The notes under the pieces are model-generated. The model made no database searches. It was not told the DNA's origin and saw only the letters and a program-made list of their open reading frames with translations. The position numbers and the translations under genes were made by a program. A DNA stretch of 64,000 nucleotides from the human T2T-CHM13v2.0 reference genome, Homo sapiens. Positions 14,801-27,290 of this stretch are shown in pieces (position 1 is the first letter of the stretch; the number at the start of each line of letters is the position of its first letter). The stretch lies in NCBI RefSeq assembly GCF_009914755.1, contig NC_060927.1; one strand, 5' to 3'.

Positions 14801-15067
14801 TTTTGCAGTTCTAGGAAAGCAAATAAGAAAGTGGAAAGCATTTAAATTAAGTGTTGCCTCTAACAAAGCTTTTAGAAATGGACAAATATAAATGATATTG
14901 ATTGATTTCAATTGATTTTTTAAAAATGTTTTATTCTGTGGAGTTTCGGAAGTGACCCAAAGCTTTGGGGGAGCTTGTGAGCGGCCAGAGTGCTGGTGGC
15001 TTTCTGTTTTTATAAAAGCTCTAGCAAACTAGAACGTAAATGCTTCCTGAACATTCTCTGTTTTCAG

Positions 15068-15093
15068 GAGACCCGCATGAGAAAACAGCACCC
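15068..15093 (+). other. Candidate 26-nt microexon
   Basis: CTGAAC branch-like motif, CATTCTCTGTTTTCAG acceptor, GAGACCCGCATGAGAAAACAGCACCC, then GTAAGT donor. Confidence 0.3.
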
Positions 15094-16944
15094 GTAAGTG
15101 GGAACAATGAAGCAATCTGCTTTGTCTGCTTATAGGGACTTTAAATGGACGCTCCAGCTATAAAATACCAACAATCTCAGCAGGCCTCCTCTCCTCATTT
15201 CACAAAATTAATTTTTAGGACAGTGTCTTCTAGGGACTCAATCTTTGTGTGTTCTCTGCACCACAGATCTGCTCTTCTTGCCTAATTTTCTTAAGCTGAC
15301 CGATACTTTCCTGGAAACGATTGAGGAAAATGGTGTGGTCCTGGGTATTCATGACACTGCCCACAAGGGCTCACTGGCCTGTAGGCTCCATGCCAGCCAC
15401 CAGCCCATCATTTCTCAGTGAAAAGAACCTTTCAGCTCGGTTACCTCCTGGAGAGAGCTGATTTTCCAGCAGTCAGGCTTGATCTGGGTAAATAATTAGA
15501 GAGCTGGAGAGCGAAGACATCACCCTGGTGCTGTCTGTGATTCTGCTAATGTACCCAGACCCTGTGATTCCGTTGCTGCTGCAATCTTAAGGCAGCCTTT
15601 CTCTAAAGCGCGGAGGGAGGGCGGGAGAGAGAGAGAGAAACAGCAACAAAGCCAGTTGCTTGCATTTGTCTTGAAAGAACTAATGACATTTTTCATTCTT
15701 TTGGTAAAACCAAGAAAACAGCTGCAGCTCTTTATCTGCATATAAGAAGGTGAATTGCAATATGCCTCCCTCTCCCACCACCCTCACCTACCAAGACATG
15801 CATGCCCCAATGCAATTACTTTGGCCTATTGATTTATTTTTAAAACTGTATTGCCTCTAGTTTACTGGAATTTGCAGAGCTCTGGATTGTACAGGCAGAT
15901 CACATTTCTCATAAAGCAGACCCTGAAGTGGTTAATAGCTTGTTCTTGAACTTTTGCAGCTGCTCATTAAAAGCCAATTAAAAAGAAAAAGCATACTGGC
16001 TGTTGTAAAGTATATGTGTCTCTCTATAAATATCCATTATTCTAAAACTTTATCACATTTTATCCCATCCTTCTTGCATGGTGCCCACGGACAAAGAAGA
16101 GCAAGAGTAAAGTATTGGACAAACTATTCTGAGGTTCTAGTGAAATTCCCAATTTTTCTCTCATTTGTGTTTTCAGCTGTAACACCAATAGATAATATGC
16201 CATTAATTCTTACTGATTGAGAATCATGATAAGAAGTCCCATGTGATTTATTGAAAAATAGCAATTGTACAAATGGTGTTTCATTACTTTTGAAAAGCAT
16301 ATATAATTTTGAATGAATAAGAAGAAATAGAAAAGGGTAATTAATTAAAATAATTAAGATTCACATCAGGCATGTTTAGCATGATTATATATTAACTACA
16401 AATTTCCATTAACAAATAATTGCTGGACCTAGAACTGGAAGACATATTGAAGAAACAAAGGCCATTAGCTTGGGGGGCCTTCCCAGATAAGTGCGGAAGA
16501 CCCTGATTATCAGGAAAGGTGGAAATCAGCTCTTCCCCCACTTAGGCTGGCCTACACAGATTTATTCATCACAGACTCAAAATCAGTGAGTTCTTAAGAT
16601 AGAGTTGAATGAATACACACTTTTCCAGCAAATATTAGTTGAATCTTCCATAGATGTGTGATGTGGGATGCTTCAGTCACCAACATATCAGGACTTGCTG
16701 GACGTCAGTGTAGGACAAACCTAGATGGTCTCGGCCCATCTAGGGTTAAATGACCCTTGAGCCAAGGAGTACGGCACAGTCACACTTTGTATTTCTCCCA
16801 CTAAGAGTGTATTCAGACTATATGTCTAAACTCTTTTTTTCTTTTAATTTTTTTACCCATTTCATAAAACAGTTTGTCTTCAAACTAAAAGCAGTGATGA
16901 TTGATGTTAAACATGAGACCTCTGAATGGACTGAAGGGAGTCCT

Positions 16945-17020
16945 TTCCTCCCTCTCTCCTTCCATCCTTCCTTCCCCCTCTTCCTTCCCCCCTTCCTCCT
17001 TTCTCCCTCCTTCCCTCCCT
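16945..17020. repeat. CT-rich low-complexity tract
   Basis: (TCCT/TCCC)n-like run. Confidence 0.85.
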
Positions 17021-17354
17021 ATACCCAAGGGGCTTTTAAAGGCTGTTCTGTGGCTAGGCTGAGGAAGGTCTTTGGAGACTAGCCGCCAGGAGGGTGCATG
17101 CGTCAAGAAAGATCATGGGGTGTCGTGTATTGGGGGGCCCAGGAGACTGCCAGGCACATTCTGGTCTGGCACAGAAGGATTGGGAATTTTTTTTTTTTTG
17201 GAGAATCATGGGGCATGACTGTCCCCCTATCATGGGACAGTGTCAGGACTGTGGTATTTTAGGTGTCATAAAAGGAACCTTTGGAGGAAAAAAACATGTA
17301 GGAACCCTTTCTCGTAATGCCACTTGCAGGTTACAGCTTTCAAAGCAAAGCCAG

Positions 17355-17960
17355 ACTCCGGCCCTGCCCGGGGTAGGAAGTCTTTGTCTGCCTGCGCGCC
17401 CGAGCGCTCCCGGCTTGGGATTGATTTTTGGCCCCCGCTGCAGCAAGTTGGGGGCTGGTGAGGAGTGTAGCGGTGACTGGGGGCGGAGTGCGGACTCGCA
17501 TCCGCTGTACCAGGAGCCCACTGCCACCTCGGGATTTTTTTTTTAACTTGGAATTTCCATATGACAAAAAAGAAAGAGGTTTCTCCTCAATCTAACGGAG
17601 CCATTAACATCTATTAATAACGCCGACAGGGTAAGTAACGGAGCCGCGCTCCTCGGGGTGGTCACCGGGCTGCGTGGTCCTCGGCCGGCCTCCTGCATCC
17701 GCTGCCCCTGTGCGCTCCGGGCCGGATGCGCAAGGGCGGCGCGGGGACCAAGCCTGGCTGCCGGCCGCCTACTCCTCCCCTTCCCTAAGGTAAGGGGTCG
17801 TTTTCACACTCACCAGAGCTCCTGCGGGCTGAGCTCGCCCCCTCCCCCGACTTCTTTGCGGGGCATTTTCTCTTGCTGGTGTATTACGTGTCATTTCTCA
17901 CGGGGCATTGCCGGCCGCTTTTCTGCAACTGTCCTTTCGGATTTGGTGATCTGGTCCGGC
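17355..17960 (+). promoter_or_regulatory. Small CpG island, probable alternative promoter
   Basis: Only CpG-dense, GC-rich segment in the window; GC box GGGGGCGGAG at 17479-17488; donors AGG|GTAAGT (17630/1) and AAG|GTAAGG (17789/90) suggest + strand first exons. Confidence 0.75.
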
Positions 17961-20900
17961 ACAGAGGCTCTCCTAGGAGGTGGTGCCCATGCATATTCAT
18001 TCTTTGTAGTAACCGACTGGCCGTCTTGCCATTGCAGGCTGATTTATTGATTTATGTAGGAAGTGTGTTTTATTTTAGTAATTAGGGAACCCTGAATTCA
18101 CGGGAACCGTCTGCACTTCGCAGGCATGTTCATTGCTGGGCATGAAAGACAAAGGTTGTCGTGCACCCCGCTTCATTTTCTAGCTAGTGACCATTGACTT
18201 TGTTGTTTTGTGGAAGGCTAATTAGGAATGGAATATTTTTTTTTCCCAGAGGAATCGCTGAAATAAATATTAGTGTTTATAAAGCACATAGCTTTTTTTT
18301 TTTTTTTTAAATAACATTTGACAGGTAACTACTACTGAGGTGTATTGTAAAGACTGGACAGTGTGGTGTGTTGTTTCAGTTTAGGGATGATTATGGGATT
18401 GATGTTATGTCTGTGGGACAGTCACTGGTATGCTCCCATCAAGGTACATGAAAATAAATGCTGCCTTTTCATTACAAAGGATACCACAGTGAACAGGGAG
18501 ACATCCCTTCAACTGTATTTTCTATATCCTTATTTTATTCTTCAACTTTGGTTTTCTTCTTCCATATCCCTGTATCCATCCATACACAACCCCATCATTA
18601 AAAAAAAAAATCATCTCCACAGACTCTGTTATTTTTCAGGAACTCTATTATGCCTATAAACTTGACCTGGATTGTGTTACTAATTTGGTAGGTTATTTTG
18701 TCATACAGGAAATCACAGCCTATGGGTCGATATGTGCATATGAACCCCTCAGCTAAATTATCTAAATTGTTTTTAAAAGATATTTTTAGGCCAGTGAACA
18801 CTTAGCAAAAATATCTTTACAGATCTCGATAAACCTATTTTTAGTGTCAGTACTTTAAAAGCTTGCTCAACCCAACCGGTTCTAATCGATGTAAAATGTG
18901 CTTCTAACAAAAGATATTTATATTGTTGTTGATTAAATTATTCTAAATTTCCTTTATGGAAATACCTGACCTAACAACAATAGAAATTTTACTGTGTAAA
19001 ATATTACTCTGATTTTTAACTCTAGAAAATGTATGCATTTATTATATTTTTGGAGGAAGGAGCCATGTAAGAATGGATAACTAAAGTACAGTAACATTTG
19101 TTCTGGGTTCATGTTTTCTGTAAACTTGCATATTCTACTTGATATACTTCTATCACTTTTAACAAATCCACTTAATTTTTCATGTACTGTGAATTTATAT
19201 TATATATTAAATAGATGAATATAATATGCATATATACACATATGATTTAATCTATGGATAGAAATGACAGCCGTTAGGATGAGAATAATGAAGCATCTGC
19301 CTCTATGAGAAAGAGCGCAAGAGAGAAACCACCCCAGATCGATAACTTGTAAGTAACCAGCATGAAAAAGGGCCAAAAAGCTTTTCTTTTCTTTCAGTTC
19401 TTAAATAAGCTTTTCCTGGTGGTATCATATTCATGTTGGAGTGATTAAGTAAAAACAAGAAGACAGAACATTTACTAGGCAATATGTTGTTTTTATTTTG
19501 TATATTTACTATAAAAATGTTTGAAATGCCTTTATCATCTGCTGAAAAGTAATCATAGAATTGACATTATTGCAGATGGTGTGAGAGATTTTTAAGATTA
19601 ATGATAGTAGATATGAGTTGGAATGTAATTGTTAAGCTTAAGGAAAAAAATCTAGCATGTAGATAGAGTGTGTTTGGTGTCTTTGTGCCTGTTTTATAGA
19701 AGGCACGTTACCTTTGTCTTCGAACCACAGCACTGATGTATCACACGTGGAAGGAATGTGTAACGACTTAACACAGCAATAATACATTTAGCCTAGTAAG
19801 CAGTACATAGATCTTTCTGAGGTCTTGAGCATAGTAGAAACTTACCACAGAGAATATAAGGAATGAAAGAATTAAAGTGATGCTGGGCTGACTGCATCCT
19901 GAGCAAAGAGATATTATGCCTTGAAATGTGAATTTTTGAGTGAGCAGACAGTACGCACTCCCCTGCCCCACCTTTCGCGGCGCTGTGTCTACGTGGCCTT
20001 TTGTTTACTGTAGGTAAGAGTTGGCACTAAATCCCTGGGGATGATTATGGTGTATATATACAGTCTTTTACTGATGGTCTGAATTCTTTCGTGGTCCTAC
20101 GAAATACATACATGCAAACACATTCATTAAATAGTAACCCAGGAGAGCATGTGTTCTTGAAGTCCATTTTAAATTCATTTAAAAGACTATAATGGAATTT
20201 TGAAAACACCACTACAAACCATTACCCTTCAGATCACTAGCTGAGACTTTTTTAACCTAGAAAGTGACCTTTTCTCTACCAGAAACTCTTGACCATTAAA
20301 AAGCATTTTTGTCTGTTTGTTTAGGCCTCTGTTCTGAGGAAAAATAGCAAAGTGAACTATCTCTCAGTATCAGAAACATTTGAGACAAACCTCCTATTTG
20401 AGGTTTGGCTTTGAGGTCAAACTATTGGTTCAAGGATTTGCTAACAAAAATACTTTCCTCATTTTGATGAATAATTAAAAGGGAGCTGTTTAATAGAAAA
20501 GCCTATACCCAAGCAATGGTATTGTTTCATGGTCTGTTGTGGTTGAATCAAGAAGCAGGAGAAAGTCCCTTCTACTTTGTAGATGCTGGTGATCATCCCT
20601 TGTTTATCAAGGGTGAGGTTGGGAATGAAATTACTGGGGAGTGTTAGAAATTATATGTGTAGGTATTTACTGATACACAAATCTATGCATTGTATTTTTA
20701 AATGTGGCCAAAAGTAAGATGGAATTCTTCTAGTGGCTGTCTGTGGGCCTGGAGCATTCTCGTTACCCCACTAGGATGTCTTGAATTTCCCTGAGAAATT
20801 AGATGGAATGAAAAGACCTGTCCACGCTGGTAGAGTGGACCTCCATTTGTAGCCAGTATTTGACGTCTAGCCATCTTTTAGTCAAAACTGTCTCTGGCCT

Positions 20901-22359
20901 CACTTTAACATTATTATTTTGGGATCAGGATGATTCTCTTCCCCAAAAGAACTATGTCTTCTATGTACTTGAAAAGGGCCTGATTTTGGTAGTGTTTCGC
21001 AAAACTCTGTTCCGGAGAGACCGTAAAATACCTTAGTGATTTCTTCTTTATGTAATTTACATATTTTAAGCACTTTATTTCAGGTCAGTGGCCTATTTTG
21101 CTACTCTAGATGATTGACCAATGTTAACAAACCCGACATATCTTGGAAAGAATAAATTAAGAATGGCTCCAGGAAGCCCCAAAGGCCCTCAGTAACTAGT
21201 TTCTAATAGATTCAAGGAAAAATCCTCTTACCCTTTCTTCAAATTCTATCCCAAATACAGTGCTCTACTGGTTGATAATCAATAATGACTCATGAGGGAC
21301 TTGACTTGCAATGAGGTTTCATTGTCTCTCCCCTACACAGGATTTCTCCCTGACAGTCTCCAGGCGACTGAGGAGTAAAACAAATGCTTTTCCTCTGTGC
21401 TTCAAGGATTACAACATGAAAATCAGAGTGTACAATAGCATCAAGGTATTATTTAATTATTAGACAGCTTATGGTTTTTGAAATTAAGTGGTAATAGTAG
21501 CATCGTGGAATATCTAAATATGCATGGCAAACACTGGATGCTAGATGTGGTTACACAGCCCAAAGATAAACTTTTGTGATATATTCTTATGCATATATTA
21601 TAGCATAACCTTCACACCATTACAGAACTGTCATATGCACCTAAGTAAAATGTGGATGGGTAGGAAAATAAGAATGTGTGCCAATCTGGTCTGAGTGCTA
21701 AATTAGGCTTGGAAATTGACCAGTCTTCCTTTTACTTAACTCCAAAATCATTAAGACAGGGACCTGACGGGGAAGCTAGTTATATGGAACAGATACACTA
21801 GTTGCACACTGTAGTCACCTCTTTTGCAGATCCCCTTCTCCTGTCCTGAAGAATTTCCCTCCTTCCAAGCAAGCTAGAGGTAGTAGGAGAAACAAGAGCA
21901 AGGGAGGCAAGCAGTGTTGCTGAGGTCCTTCCTCCACTGTATCGCGTCTGAGCATGTAACCTGGTGTTGCCAGGGGCGTAGAAGGGGAGTTCGCTGTGTG
22001 TTGGCACAGCATGAGTAACCCAGCAGCCAGGAAAGTGGTGGAAGGGAAGCAGTAACTGAGAAATCATTTCCTGTGGGCTGTGGGAGTTAAAGGGCCATGT
22101 AAGACCCCTCCTGTTATGCCTCCACCACCAGCTACCTGGAGGGTTGGATTTCTGTTCCTAGTTCAGCAGACGTGCTCCCTGGCTCCTTCCTGGAAGATAC
22201 CATTATGGTTGCAGGCCCAGCATTCTTAAGATGTTGCTCTTGGTCACAATGACAGACCAGTAGAACTGGAATCAGGTTGAGCTGTATGAAATTGCCAGTG
22301 AGTTCAGCCATTTCTGACCTATAAAAATGAGAATTATTCATCTCCCTATTTCTTATCTT

Positions 22360-23062
22360 GCTCTATTTCTTTGCACAGCAACCAGATCATGTAATTCCCC
22401 TGCCTAAAAATTCCCCCTGGCTTCTCAGGGCACTCAGAATAAAATCCAGGCTCTTTACCTTGGCTTCCTCGGAGGTCCTCCAGGAGCTGGCCCCTGCCTG
22501 CCCTTCTTCTCCATCTCCCTGCTCTCCTTCAGGACACTGTTCCTCCCAGGCTGGTTTCCTAGTTATTCCTAGAACTCACCAGCTGTTTTCTGCCTCGAGA
22601 TCTTTGCATTTGCCCTTTGCACTCCACAGCTGGCTCATTCTCACAATTTAAGCCTCAATTCAAACTTGATCTGCTCAGAGAGGTTGTTCCTGGTCCTTAT
22701 ATCTAAAGGAAGCCTTCCACATCACTCCATTAGCCCATTTTATTTTCTTCCAAGTACCTTATTCCTATCTAAGATACTCTGTTTTTGTTTTTGTAAAGAC
22801 GAAGTCTCGCCATGTTGCTCAGGCTGGCCTGTCTCAACTCCTGGCCTCAAGCAATCCTCCCTCCTCACCTTCCCCAGTAGCTGGGATTACGGATGCAAGC
22901 CACTGTGCCCAGTTGAAATTACCTTTTTTATTGGCTTACTTCTTAATGGTTGTTCCCTTTGTGACAGTGGAGGAAGGAGCCAGCACGTTGCCTGTCTTGT
23001 TCTCTGCTGTGTCCCCGCCGACCTGGAGCACAGCAGGTGTTTAGTAAGCATTTGTTGAGTGA
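22360..23062 (+). mobile_element. L2 LINE 3' fragment (interrupted by a FLAM)
   Basis: CAGATCATGTAATTCCCCTGCCTAAAAA...AGAATAAAATCCAGGCTC... and L2-type end GCATTTGTTGAGTGAA. Confidence 0.75.
22781..22912 (-). mobile_element. FLAM / Alu monomer
   Basis: Single arm: GTCTCGCCATGTTGCTCAGGCTGG...GCTGGGATTAC...GCCACTGTGCCCAG. Confidence 0.85.
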
Positions 23063-23139
23063 ACATATTGGACACCTTTGTGCACCACTGCAGCCTCTCA
23101 GCTTGTAGCCATTGCAGAACCTAGTTATAAGCAGCTTCC

Positions 23140-23505
23140 GGCAGCTTCTGGCAGCTTCCCTCAGGCACAACCAGGGGTGCCCTCCCAGGAGCAATTCCTG
23201 CCTCTCACTTCCTGCCCTGTGCTAGCCATCACCCTGGAGTAGGACCCTCTCCAGTGAGGGCTGGCAGAGATCTACTTTCCCCATTTATCCTCTACTGATA
23301 GTTCTGAAACCCATTTGTTTAGGTTCCCCGGATTGTCCTTGTAAGATCCAGTCCAGTCACCCATAGTGGCAGCGAACCCAGTGATGCCTCCTGTACTTCC
23401 GTGACCTCCTCCCCCATCCCATTCTCCTGTCCCCAGTCCTGCTAAACTGCCTGCCTTCCAGCCACTGTTGTAGGCAGTGCTCTTTGGGGAACCCAGACTA
23501 AATTG
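23140..23505 (+). mobile_element. Old ERVL-type solo LTR (LTR33/LTR16-like)
   Basis: Ends in CTCTTTGGGGAACCCAGACTAAA, resembling the ERVL LTR 3' end; family uncertain. Confidence 0.5.
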
Positions 23506-23651
23506 GATGAGCACCATTGCAGAGGCAAAGAAGGTACAATAGGTTTCATGATCTTTTTCTTAAAATATCTCATTCAATAAATTGCTATACTATCCAGTCT
23601 ATCTGGTAACAGCTAAAAGTTAATAAGAACTTACAGTTTTAAGTCAAAACA

Positions 23652-23765
23652 TTTAATCCTCATGGCAACCCCATGAGGTATCGTTCCCATTGAATAGATG
23701 AGGAAACCGAGGCACAGTGACATTGAGTAACTGGCTCAAGGTCCCACAGCAGTCAGGGGCAGAGC
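23652..23765 (-). mobile_element. MIR SINE fragment
   Basis: TTTAATCCTCATGGCAACCCCATGAGGTA...AGATGAGGAAACCGAGGCACAG...AAGGTCCCACAGC. Confidence 0.85.
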
Positions 23766-23810
23766 TAAGTGCAGGCAAGCTAAGTGCAAGCAAGCTAAGT
23801 GCAGGCGAGC
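23763..23810. repeat. 15-bp unit x3 minisatellite (AGCTAAGTGCARGCA)
   Basis: Three consecutive copies starting at 23763, 23778 and 23793. Confidence 0.95.
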
Positions 23811-25049
23811 CATTACCACCGATTCTCTTAACCTCCTTATGTGACCACACTCTCCTGGCTCTTGTTACCCACAGCCTCAGTCCCTCCTTCTGATCCCTCT
23901 GTCTCTGCTGTTTTTCTTTGCCTGAATCCTTAAGTCTCTCAAAGTGGCATGCATACCCAAAACACTGGGAGACCATGATCTAGCGCTAATAATTCATTTT
24001 TCCCCATTGACTACAAGAGTTAATTTGTGACAGGACAAGCAGGAGCCCACACAAAGCTGACCCCAGCATTCAGACCAGCTGTGTGGTCCCTCTTTCACCC
24101 TAAGGATTCCAGTTCTGTGGTTCAGCGCAGTAGTGAGGGCTTTGGTGATGGGGTATCTGCACTGCCCTGTCCAGCCTTGGGAGCTGGGACAAGCCCCTTC
24201 ACCGTTCCTTCAGCCCCATTTCCTCTTTCCTCTTCACAGTACCCACCTCGCAGCATTCTAGGGACTGAACATGACAAGGTTTGTGAAGTGCTGAAGACAC
24301 CCAGCTGTGGCAAGCACTCAGTAGACGGTGGCTGAGATTGTTCTTTTTGTAGTAGTTATGGGGTGAAGACAGGACTTGAGGTGGGCTGCATCCAAGGGAG
24401 GGGCCCGTCTTCTCTATTGTACCTTTGAAAACACTATCTGGTTTCTCCCTGCCTCTAAGCCAGAGAAGATGGAAGTGCTAGATGGCAAGGAGACACCATT
24501 ATTTTTCCTTTCCTCCCCTCCCTAAACTCCCTGCTACTCTGTCTAGACCTGCCATGGGTTCTGCCTTTTGTTCTAGGCATCTGGAACCCTAAGCATGAGC
24601 CCATGTCTTCTCACAGCCTATGTCATGTCTGTGGGACAGGTGGTCTTGCAGGGGGAAGCATAGGTGCAGTCTGTCTGTGAGGTCCTGGTGCCTGCTTGGG
24701 CAGCCCCCATGGGACTAGCCCCTGTGAGGAGGCTGGTTGAGGTCTGTGCATCATCCCACACTGTTGGAGGCAGAGTCTCCAGAGGCACTTCCAGAGCAGA
24801 TGCTAGGCTATCAGGCCAAAGGCAGAGGGAAGCTGGGGCCTGACTGGTACTCTCCAGGCCATCTGATTCCTCTGTAGGGACCCTGTTACCCACTGTGGGT
24901 AGGCTTCCCAGCCAGAGTCAGGCTCACCTCCCCCATCTGTGAAGGGGTGAAATCAGCACAAACTGGTGACAAATGCACTTAAACGTTTCCTTCCCAGTCC
25001 ATGCACATGCAGGTAGATGCGCTTTCTGCACACTTTCTGATTAGAGGTG

Positions 25050-25110
25050 ATGTAGTGTACTACATGTACATACTACATACATACTACATAGTATACTATA
25101 CTACATGTAG
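25050..25110. repeat. Degenerate TACTACA-type simple repeat
   Basis: Repeated TACTACAT units, partly palindromic. Confidence 0.7.
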
Positions 25111-26857
25111 CATTGTAGTTTTTGATTGGTTTTTATATTGAGGGTGTTGCCCACCCAGGGACATGGGAACTAGAGGGTGTGCCTTAGCTTTGAGCAGAAC
25201 TGAAGTGGCTTCTTCTGCCACTTGGCCCCCTGAGTAGGAGGTGAGCCACCTGGAGGCCAGTGGTTATGATAGATTGGCACACATCAGACTTCCTTTCAGC
25301 GTTCATTCATGAGGACTGCCAATTTCCTTCAATGCATGGGACTCTTCACTTGACAGGTATTCACTGTCCAGACACAGGGCCCTGATGCCTCAGAGAAGGA
25401 ACATTTCAGGGTAGCTTTAAATGATATCCTATTGATGCTGTTTATAAAACCAAGGAATAACACATCAGGCAAAATTGACTGATATTGAAAATAAAATATC
25501 TTTTCTTGCCAGTCCCTTCCTATGGAAAAGGTAGAATCTTTGAATAGGCAATGGATAGATTGTTTTGGTATCTCTTATTACTTTGGATTTCTAATGTAAA
25601 ACCAAGTCATACTTTGAGAAACTAATTTTCCAACTTTGTGCTCAACTCTAACGGAAGGTAGCAGGGTCATTATTGAGCAAAAGTGACCAGAACAACCATT
25701 TTTCTTCTTCCATGTCTTCTATTATCATGCCCAGAAAAGAGCACTTTAAAATAACATTGTTTTTCCGTTTGAGTCTCTTTAAATCCTATTGATTCAAATA
25801 ACCCATTACCCATTATTGTAGAGGACTCTGTTGACTACCTTCTCAGGGTGTTTTCTTTAATATCATCTTTAAATCTTGCTTATGATTTTGTTGTTCTCTT
25901 ACTCATCAGCGTTTCAAGTCAGGTGTCCCCAAAGCAAGGCTTTTATCTTTCTCCTTCTGCGGCGGCACGTCCATCATTGTACAGGGCTGTATGTGTTTCT
26001 GCTGACAGCTAGAGGACAAAGCCAGCAACATCTTTTGAGTAAAAATCTGCATGTAGTCTAAAGATCTTTTGTAGATCGGCCTTTATAGTTCGTTTTCTAG
26101 GCTTCATAGTTCCAGTTTATTTGTAACTCCATCTTCGTCTTACTTGAGGAAATGTCACTGTGTTTTCAAGCCCACAGGAGAACTAGGTCAAGGGTTTTAG
26201 ATCTTTTGCTTTGTTTGTTTTTTCTTTTAATCATATTTTCTTGTTTCTAAAAACTTAAAAGTGAAAAGGAGAAGCAAGAATATTGAAAAGTAAAACCGTT
26301 AATTGGTCATCAGATTAGAAGTGCAAAATTACCAATAACATAACATATCTGTGTAAATATACAGAACTGGGACTGCCATACATAATTTATTCAAATGCTT
26401 TCTTCATTATTCCCTGTTCACTTTCAAAAGAAGGAAGTGAATTGGCCTTGTGCACTGTTGAGAGTCACTTTGCATATGAAATGGTTGACTTTCTCACCCC
26501 TTTTCCATTTGATTCTTTGTCCATGTACAGTACCATTCTAAAATCTATCAGTTTCTCTTGGTCATCATTTAAAAATTCATATTGATATCAGTATAATGTG
26601 AATGAAATGCTTTACAAATTTGCATTACAATGGGAAGACACAAAGTAGGCTGGCTTAGGTTACCCTATGCAGACTCCATGAGTACCTCTGCTGGCTTGAT
26701 TCCCAGGGTTGTGGTTTAAATCTGGACCAAGAAGAGTTACCAGATGAGGAGTTTATGGTCAATCAAGAAACACTTCACTGGGAGATGATGGATAAATGGA
26801 GAGACAGTGGAGGAGAGTGTCATATGGAGCTCCCAGTGCTGTGATCACCCAGAGATC

Positions 26858-27290
26858 CAGGGGTTCCTAAATGGAGGTGAGGTACATTGGAGACCACCTG
26901 GGAATGAATTTTTAAAAATTTTGAGACAGGGTCCCACTCTCTTACCCAGACTGCAGTGCAGCGGTACAATCATGGCTCACTGCAGCCTCAACCTCCCCAA
27001 GCTCAGGCGATCCTCCCACCTCAGCCTCCCAAGTAGCTGAGACTACGAGACAGGGCTTTGCCCCAGGCTGGTCTTGAACTCCTGGGCTCAAGTGAGACTC
27101 CTGCTTCAGCCTCCCAAAATGCTGGGATTATAGGCATGAGCCACTGTGTCCAGCCAGGGCTGATTATTATACATTCAGATCCCCAGGCCACCCCTTCACA
27201 AACCTGAGGTTCTCATTCAGTAGGTCTGAAGGTGGGCTTGATGTGTTCTGTATTCTAACGACTCTGGTGACTGACGAGCAGCCTGATTTG
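26858..27290. mobile_element. MER5A-like DNA transposon split by an Alu
   Basis: ACCACCTGGGAA before the Alu; CAGATCCCCAGGCCACCCC...ATTCAGTAGGTCTGAAGGTGGGC after it. Confidence 0.55.
26919..27155 (-). mobile_element. AluJ-like SINE with internal deletion
   Basis: GAGACAGGGTCCCACTC...GTAGCTGAGACTAC joined directly to left-arm sequence. Confidence 0.9.
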
